Assembly: GCF_006345805.1 (NCBI RefSeq)
Contig: NW_021834727.1
Coordinates: 1 to 28,863 of the forward strand
Direction: 5' to 3'
DNA: 28,863 bases
Origin: Octopus sinensis
Lineage: Eukaryota
The notes beneath the pieces were generated by a model, which ran no database searches, was not told the DNA's origin, and saw nothing but the letters and a program-made list of their open reading frames with translations. Shown one piece after another: positions 21,289 to 28,863 of the stretch. Position numbers and translations under genes: made by a program. Each line of letters opens with the position of its first letter. Within the stretch, counting starts at the first letter, position 1.

Positions 21289-21669
21289 TTTGTTTTCTTC
21301 TTTCTTATTTGTGTCTCCCCTTACTAACCGTCAGCCATTTTGTATTTATATTGTATGTCTTCATTTGCGCATGCTTATATCTCTATGTGCGTCTATGTTT
21401 ATTTGGTGTGTATATGGGGGGATGCCTGTAATATTTGTATCTTCTGTTTATACACGTTCATGTAATTTGTATTTTGTTTTTGTTGTTGTTGTTTTTGTTT
21501 ATTCTTATTTTGTTCATGTGTTTACATCCACTTATTATTATCATTACATATGCTTGTATGTATGTAGTATGTATGTATGTATGTATATATAACAACAATA
21601 CTAGTAATAATAATAATAAATCGAATCGAAAAAATATATATATATAGTTATTTATTTCTATTTGTTTAT

Positions 21670-22375
21670 TTATCTGTTATTTATTATGTTTTCGGGATCC
21701 TCTATCGTCATATGTTGTGGTGGTGTGCTAGTGCTCCATTCTAGTTTTCTATTCAGGCTAGGTTTATTTTCTATTATGTGTGTAGCTTCTGTAATTTGTC
21801 TGATTGTTGCATCTGTTCTATGTGTGGACATATTTTAATTTCTATATTGTTGATTGATCCCCCGTGTTCCTGTTCGCGTGTTGGTACAGAATCGATGAGC
21901 TTTTACCTTCTTGAGTTGTCTCCAATGTCATTACCCGCTCTCCTATGCTTCTTGCCGTTTCCCCTACGTATGTCGTTGTCTTGTTACTGCATCGTCCCTC
22001 TATACATCTTATACTATAGACTACATTTCTGGCTTTACAGTTTGTTTGTGGGCTAAATCTACATACAGTACAGTACTTACCGTACAGGGGGTTCTACTAA
22101 AAGGATAGGTTCTACCAATTATAGATTTGATAGGGGCTGCCTGGCTTTTCAACAACCTTAATTCTTAGCTTAAGTTTGTCTAGGGTCCTTCTAAAGCGGT
22201 ACGCAAGTTCACCTCCAGGGGTGGTGTCAACGAACATGACACTCTGGTACTTATGGCTATCATACCAAGAGTTGGCCTTCCCTATTTTCTTTTTTGTCCT
22301 TTCTATAGTGTTCCATGACTTGTTCCTATAGAGTGGGCAAATCCCATTCCTATCATTACATAATATATTATCAAT
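21670..22375 (-). pseudogene. PLE linker, zinc finger and GIY-YIG endonuclease, split by single-base indels
   Basis: Frame-hopping translation gives GICPLYRNKSW, VMFVDTTPGGELA, C-x4-C-x2-C...C, NVVYSIRC...C...TYVGET, RQITEA, LNRKLEW; stop at 21672-21670. Confidence 0.8.
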
Positions 22376-24546
22376 TTCTTCATGGCTCCTTTGTATACTC
22401 TGATCCTTTCTTTATGGCTGTAACCTGAGAACTGCATGCGGTGAATGAAATATTGTATGTGTCTCTTTAACTCTGTGGGCTCGCACATGCGTGACACATT
22501 TCTCATTATTCTGACGAGGTCTGCCATCAAAATATTGAATTTGGCATTGTCCGCAATGGCTGAGTTCCGGTGGATCAAGTATTTTGAGGCCATAGGTTTG
22601 GCATGGTATGAATGAAGGATTTGGGTTTTATTATTCACAATTTCTAGCCAGTGTTCAGTGTCTAGTACTGGTAGTCTATGGTTGGGGTGTTTAGTGGGGT
22701 AGTCTATTGTGACCTTAATACTCTGGTGGATGGAGTTAGCTATTTGCTGGATGCTCTCCATAGTATTAGTTTCTATTACTATATCAGCATTACTCTCTTG
22801 TGGGGGTGCCTTTACCACTATGCTGATATCATCAACATAGCGAGAGTACATGTTTACGAGTATGGAGTTCTGTGTTAGGCGTTCTTTAAGCCTTCTGTCC
22901 CACCATACCATGAAAAGGTTGGCCACATCACCAGCGATACTAACGCCGATGGCTGCCCCCTCGTCCTGGGCATATATTTTATTATTAAACTTAAACGTGT
23001 GGCCTTTTAGGGTAACTCTTATACTAGCTCCTAGTGCATGTGCGATCATTTTCTTTACCTGATGGACATTTTCGGGGCTCCGTATGGCTCTGGTACATCC
23101 GCGCCATCTTTCTATATGTGTCTTCCTAGCCATAGAAGTAATCGTGGGCGGTCTACCTCTTAAACATCTACTGGGGCAGAAACTACTAAGATTATGTTTA
23201 TCTAAGTATTCATTATTACATGTCAGTCTAAGTAGGGGGCCCAGTTCCTCTGTGTTGACATTACGGAACTCCACCTGGCTCTCGTTGATCATCTCCACGC
23301 ACTTCTCCACCGCAAAATCTACATCGATCGATGGGTATAGGGATACCAAATCCATGCTACCCACCATACATCCTGTCAGGTCACAAGTGTTGTTACAGTC
23401 ATTGATCCTGCTGAGGAGATCTTCTGTGCTGTCACAAACATCAGGTGACATCCGGATTATAGGGCGTATGATCATTGAGAGGAAGTAGGAGATTCTGTAA
23501 TTGCTAGCGATATTCACTCCACAGACTGGTCTTGTTGGTGGTCCTGCTATAGGTTCAGTGGTTACTTTACGGTCCTTGCGAAGTCCATTCTGTGCCGGGA
23601 TATCATTGTACCACGCTTGGAAATTATTTGCTGTGCGTTTCTGGGGTCCCAGAACAATTGTCCACATCATCATGTGGGCGTTGAGGACCTTTTCTCTCTC
23701 CTCATGCGCCTGTAAAGTTGTTATTTTTGTATTGGCGATATGAGGTTGCATTGCCTGGATGTAGTTCGGTAAGCTGTCTATTGACATCCTGCCGGACTTG
23801 TCTGTGGGAAGGCATACCACCTCTCCGTTCCTCGTGCGCTGAATGAGCTTATGTAGGCCACATGCAGGTTTAATCCGAAGTTGTTGGGCCTCTGTCTTAT
23901 TCTGTCTCTGTCTCTTAGTATATAATCCTAAAATCTGTCTAAGTTTGGTCCTAGCTATAGTGAACTGTGCTTCCATATGGTCATTAGTATGTCTTGGGAT
24001 GTAGACTCTTTTGTTGAAGGGTAATGTTGGTGGATAAATCCGGCTCATGCAGTAAGATTTGTCACACACGTTGAAGAATTGAGTGTCAGAGGGGTGGGTA
24101 TACATGTCAATGGTCTTTCTAGGGTTATCTTCATTATCGTTACTACTATTTCTGTCGTTACTGTTTCCATCATCAGCCTCCCTATTATTATTGCCACCAT
24201 TACCACTACTATTACTATTACTATTACCACCACAACTATCATTACTACCATCATTACTACTTCTACTGTTACCACCACCACTACTACTACCACTATTATT
24301 GTTATTACCGTTATTCCTACCATTGCCATTATTGCTATCATTCTGATTATCGCTAGTGATATTTTCATTGTTCCTGTTTCTGGTGTATGTGTTGTTCATA
24401 TTAGTGTTGGGTTTTATGTCTGTCTGTTGGTCCCTGTCATTCCGTCTGTTGTGGTTGTTATTTTTGTTCCTACGAGTATTGTTATTTGTTTCAAGTCTAC
24501 TGACTCCCTGTCCAAGGATTCTGTTGCATTCAACTTTATTTTCCAT
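22303..24546 (-). CDS. PLE reverse transcriptase ORF (747 aa as assembled) with an Asn/Gly/Ser-rich N-terminus
   Basis: PLE-type RT motifs PTDKSG, PTRPVC, SMDLVSLYPSID, GAAIG..IAGDVANLFM, RYVDDI, LPVLDT and KPMAS. Confidence 0.9.
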   Translation of the reverse strand: MENKVECNRILGQGVSRLETNNNTRRNKNNNHNRRNDRDQQTDIKPNTNMNNTYTRNRNNENITSDNQNDSNNGNGRNNGNNNNSGSSSGGGNSRSSNDGSNDSCGGNSNSNSSGNGGNNNREADDGNSNDRNSSNDNEDNPRKTIDMYTHPSDTQFFNVCDKSYCMSRIYPPTLPFNKRVYIPRHTNDHMEAQFTIARTKLRQILGLYTKRQRQNKTEAQQLRIKPACGLHKLIQRTRNGEVVCLPTDKSGRMSIDSLPNYIQAMQPHIANTKITTLQAHEEREKVLNAHMMMWTIVLGPQKRTANNFQAWYNDIPAQNGLRKDRKVTTEPIAGPPTRPVCGVNIASNYRISYFLSMIIRPIIRMSPDVCDSTEDLLSRINDCNNTCDLTGCMVGSMDLVSLYPSIDVDFAVEKCVEMINESQVEFRNVNTEELGPLLRLTCNNEYLDKHNLSSFCPSRCLRGRPPTITSMARKTHIERWRGCTRAIRSPENVHQVKKMIAHALGASIRVTLKGHTFKFNNKIYAQDEGAAIGVSIAGDVANLFMVWWDRRLKERLTQNSILVNMYSRYVDDISIVVKAPPQESNADIVIETNTMESIQQIANSIHQSIKVTIDYPTKHPNHRLPVLDTEHWLEIVNNKTQILHSYHAKPMASKYLIHRNSAIADNAKFNILMADLVRIMRNVSRMCEPTELKRHIQYFIHRMQFSGYSHKERIRVYKGAMKKLIIYYVMIGMGFAHSIGTSHGTL

Positions 24547-24813
24547 CGTGAGCCCCGTGACACAACTTTTATCCGTGTCTTTGTGACTATGGTTATCTGT
24601 ATGTGTGTTTGTGTGTCGGTTCTCCCTATAATGCGGTCACAGGAGTGTGACTAAAGAACTCTGGCCGAAATAAGATTAAGATTAATGTAAAAAATAAATA
24701 ACACTGAAGCAAAATAACACCAAATATATAGTGCGTGTGTTTTTATTGGCTAAACTGGCAAATGACCATTCCGAAATATAACAATATATATATATATATA
24801 CATGTGTGTGTGT

Positions 24814-24859
<46 letters not shown>

Positions 24860-24861
<2 letters not shown>

Positions 24862-27800
24862 AGCAGAGATACCCGGCGTTGCCCGTTTACATTCAATTGA
24901 AGAATTAGACTTTTAGATTTTTCTGTTATATGTATATGGATACACACACACACATATATATATATGTATATTAATATAAATACATGAAAGTACACCAAGT
25001 TTGTTAAAAAAAAGGGGAATCATTTATATACCTCCTGGCTGTTGAGATGATAACACCTCGTTGTAAACAATGTTCCTTGTTTTCTTTGTGGAACATATAC
25101 AAAAAGGTTTCTTTTGGTTCCTACTCTTGAGCAGCCAACACACAATTGCCCATGCGAGAAGCAGAGCTCTTCCAAGAGGACCAGCTACAGAGAGGGTTTG
25201 ACCCTGAGATTTGTTAATGGACACGGCAAAGCTGACACGAAGGGGGAATTGCAGTCTTCTGAATGTAAATGGAATTTCTGTTCCTGATGGAGTAAGAGGA
25301 ATTCTTGGAATAAAGACGTCATCACCTTTTCCGCATCCAGAAAGAATGATCGCCTCGATAACGTGTGACATCATTTTCTTTATCACCAGTCGTGTTCCAT
25401 TGCAAAGTCTTGGTGGTTCCAGATTGCGGAGTAGCACTTTAAGTGCTAATATGTGTGGAGGTAGTCCAGGAGGCTCCAAAGAATTGAGAAATTCAGGATG
25501 ATAGTTCACAACTTCATTTATATCTGGAATTGTATCAACAGACTTGTAAGTGTGTAATAGTGCCGGGAAGAGAATGCATTAGCTGTTGATTAATTTTGTT
25601 AACAGCGACGTTTTTTTGGAGCTAATATTGCTCTTTCACACAGCCAATTGTGATTTAGGTAGTTTTGTGTGAAGTTGGGAAAGACTTTGTTTTTGAGGTC
25701 ATTTACAGAATTAACAACATCGAGAGGCATCTTGCCTTCACCAAGTGTCAAAATGTCCTGTGCAAACTTTGTGGACATTTTGTCGCCGTGTAGAGACTGA
25801 GGATTGTAACATGATGCAACAGGGTAGAGGACTTTAGGCATGCTTGGACTTCATCTGCTCTAGTGCCTTTCGGAATGACCGGAAGAGTTAGCCTGAAATC
25901 ACCTGACAAAAGAAGCGTTACACCTCCCATTGGAGCCTGACAGTCTCGGATGTCTCTCAGGGCTCTATCTAATGCTTCCAAAGCTCCCTTGTGAGCCATA
26001 GTGCACTCATCCCAGACAATTAGATGACACATTTTAAGTACTTGTCCCTGATCTGAGCTTTTGTTGATGTTGCATGAAAGCATTTCGGATGCTGCTAAAT
26101 TGAGAGGGAGTTTAAAAGTTGAGTGTGCTGTCCTGCCACGGGTAACAAAGTAGCTGCAATGCCAGAGGAGGCTACATCTACTACAATGTCCTGATGCTAC
26201 CTAACTTCTGCAAGGAGAAGCTTTGTAATAAATGTTTTTCCTGTCCCTCCAGGAGCATCGAGGAAGAAGATTCGTCCCTCGCGTTGGTGTACACTGTTAA
26301 GAATAGTTCTGTAGGCCTGCAGCTGGTCCGGAAGTAATTTAGGCTCATTTTCAACAGTGTACTTTGAAAGCGCTTGAGTGTCGTAGGTTGTTTCACGAAT
26401 GACAGAAGTGGGAAGGCTATTTGACCCTGACCTGAATGTTTGTAGCAGGCCATACGTCGACAATTAATTTCCACCCAGTTTAGCAATTCTGTTTTCAATG
26501 TCAATGAGTGTTTTGTTATAGATTTCATTGCTGATACCCTCCATGTCAGAATAGAGCAGTTGAGCTTGGCGCCGAAAGTCTTCAGCCAGGTTGTCTCTAT
26601 ATTTGAGCCATAGAGTGGCCGGATCACACGGTTCGCATGCCTGTAGTAATACTGCAAATAGTGCCCTGAAACTTTTAGGTGATTGTGATAAAGCAGCCTC
26701 TCCTAAAGTTGCATCCCATTGTGCACCATCTTCTAACAGACCTTGTCGATAGCAGGCTTCTCTGTATGTTTTGCAGACATGTCCATGAACGGTTTTTAGG
26801 GCCTGGAAAGACGTTGACCCTCTGACCTCATGCAGTAGTAGACGAAGGTAGAAGCACTCTTGATGAGTGGGATGCACTGTGTATACTCGCCCAAGGCAAG
26901 TGTGAAACTTAATGCCAGGGTATCCATGAACATTTTGACCTGCTTTCTGTGGGGCGCATTTTTTTCCATTCCAAGTGTATTACGATGGAATCTGTGGATA
27001 CAGCAAGGTTTTGAGCGAATGGATCCACTTGACAAAGCTTGAAGAATGCAGTGAGTGTGCTATCCCTTGGTTCCTCTGCCAACAGAGAAGCATTAGCATC
27101 GGTGAATTACACTCTTTGACCATTTTCCAGGCGCACTGCAAGCTGTTGAATGGCGGAGTGTCATCTATATATATACATCTACACATAAAATACAAAATGC
27201 AAAGTTATATCTTGATATCGCTAGTGATAAAAACGCAAAATATATACAGACTGGAATTGTAGGCCCGTCTCTGCAATTTCGATCAATTGGATCTTGTCCT
27301 CCCTCTTGTATAGAAGTGTACGTTACAGCGAAATTCATTTTTGGACTTTCTTTTATCGAAGGCATTTTAACAAAAATGCTTCCGTAAAGACGGTGAAAAT
27401 ATTGTCCATTTTCCCCAAACAGGACAAAATTAATTTTTAAAACAATAACCAAAGCCCTTCTTCTCCGAAAGGAGGAGGGTTACGTTTAACAATTATTTAA
27501 CAAATGCAACACAACAACGTTCCCTGACGAGGAAGCTACAAATGTGATTACATAGTCAAACAGTAATTATAATAACAAACCTTTTTAATATATCCCCATT
27601 TATGTGAAACCACTTATTCAAGTTCCAATCATTGATGCAATTTTATACGAATTGCTAATATACACACACACATAATAAGGGGGAAAATTGAATATTAATT
27701 TGATTAATATGAATTGAAAACCAGTGGTGTAGCATATAAGACCATAGCGGATCTTCTTCTAGCAAAATGGATGACCACTTGTTAATGGTTCATCCCTGTT

Positions 27801-28094
27801 ATATAATACTTTCACTTTAATAGTTTCAGTATTAAAGTGAAAGTGTCTGCATTACAAAACAGATATTTTTGTTTTACTTTTAACACGTAATACTGAAATA
27901 GTGGAGAAGAAATTATATTGCTGTGAGGTCGCCCTAGGGAAAAAGTTAAGATTTTTTGCCGATGACACTGCCCGGACCTTAAGTAAGGCATGTGTAAAGT
28001 TTGAATGAAATTGGTTATGTATTCTCAAGTTTTAGGGAAACACACAGACAGACAGACAGACAGACAGACACACATTCTCAGTTTTATATATATA
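24860..28094 (-). mobile_element. Internally deleted Helitron: 3' CTAG end at 24860, probable 5' end near 28094
   Basis: Minus strand ends ...CGGGCAACGCCGGGTATCTCTG-CTAG|T. It contains a RepHel remnant. The 5' region starts TATATATATAAAACTGAGAATGTGTG(TCTG)n; the 5' boundary is inferred. Confidence 0.6.
25024..27160 (-). pseudogene. Helitron RepHel C-terminal half (post-Rep linker plus Pif1-like helicase), fragmented
   Basis: Motifs [63 protein letters not shown] and [10 protein letters not shown]. Confidence 0.93.
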
Positions 28095-28135
28095 CTAGCA
28101 TTAAAGACCCGTCGTTGCCGGGTCATAATGCTAGT
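28094..28135. repeat. 42-bp nested hairpin with CTAG at both ends (Helitron 3'-end-like)
   Basis: ACTAGCATTA-AA-GACCCG[TCGTTGC]CGGGTC-A-TAATGCTAGT. Confidence 0.85.
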
Positions 28136-28264
28136 GCATGTATATATGTGTATATATATGTGTATATATATATGTACATATTACATGTACATCTATATAT
28201 ATACATCTACACATAAAATACAAAGTACAAAGTTATATCTTGATATCGCTAGTGATAACAATAC

Positions 28265-28602
28265 TCAAAATATATAACAGACTGGAATTGTTAGCCCGTC
28301 TCTTGTAATTTCGATCAATTGTATCTTGTCCTCCCTCTTGTATAGAAGTGTGGCTACAATCCAGGCTACCTCTAATTCTGGTGGAGGGGGGGCATTTAAA
28401 ATTTTTTTCCGGGACGTCCTACGTCCCAGATATAAAGGTAAAGATAAAATATTTCCACTTTGCAAGTTCGAGTCGAGTACTCCCTTGCACGCTCCGTTGA
28501 CTCGAACCTTGCTTCTATTGTGGCGAATTTACCGCCTCTGGTTAGATACTTGATATCTTTCATAGTCGCATCAAGACACTTTTCAAAGGTGCTTTCCTCC
28601 AT
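28265..28602 (-). pseudogene. Fragment resembling ORF1 of L1/Tx1-type LINEs
   Basis: Frame-shifted STFEKCL..IKYLTRGGKFATIEARFES / LPLYLGRR..NAPPP.LEVAWIVA; family-level resemblance from memory only. Confidence 0.4.
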
Positions 28603-28863
28603 GTGTTCAAATTTTTTTTTTCTCTACATTGTATACTTTATAAACAATAGTCTTTTCTTTAATTTAATTTTTTATTATCCATCTGGACTATTCCATTTCT
28701 GCACGCTAATCTTATTTTTAATTTATTCCCATTCATGTGAAACCACTTATTCAAGTTCAAGCCATTGATGTAATTTTATACCAATTGCTATTTTTACTTT
28801 TGTTATGTTACGATTATATTATACTTTAGTTTGATTTTGATTATTACTTACTATATATAATTC

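Larger units (their letters stand above)
21126..24784 (-). mobile_element. Near full-length Penelope-like element (Neptune-like) with 154-bp inverted termini
   Basis: Single RT plus C-terminal GIY-YIG frame. 21126-21279 is the reverse complement of 24631-24784 (about 145/154). No TSD seen. Confidence 0.88.

Noticed and set aside
24045-24654. Overlapping ORFs 24045-24368, 24079-24654, 24083-24346 and 24356-24586
   Set aside because: Shadow frames of the triplet-repeat PLE N-terminus.

Overview
AT-rich animal genomic DNA. The SINE style and microsatellite load suggest a coleoid cephalopod (octopus); this is an inference from memory, not a search result. The only host gene seen is the 3' end of a NUB1-like gene on + (UBA exon 10150-10294; terminal exon 11846-11996 with a 1-nt frame break). 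The rest is nested mobile DNA: an R4/Dong-type LINE split by an RTE LINE, SINEs, a mariner MITE, an L1/Tx1 LINE interrupted by a solo LTR, a Merlin-like MITE, a near full-length Penelope-like element (PLE) with inverted termini and a hammerhead-like motif, and Helitron remnants with a head-to-tail junction. The most interesting pattern is one fold-back architecture, [inverted copy of tail]-[body with hammerhead-like core]-[tail]. It occurs in the full-length PLE and in three unrelated short MITE-looking elements (7101-7425, 12463-12738, 19990-20755), which may be non-autonomous PLE derivatives. All alignments and folds were done by eye, and family assignments rest on remembered motifs.
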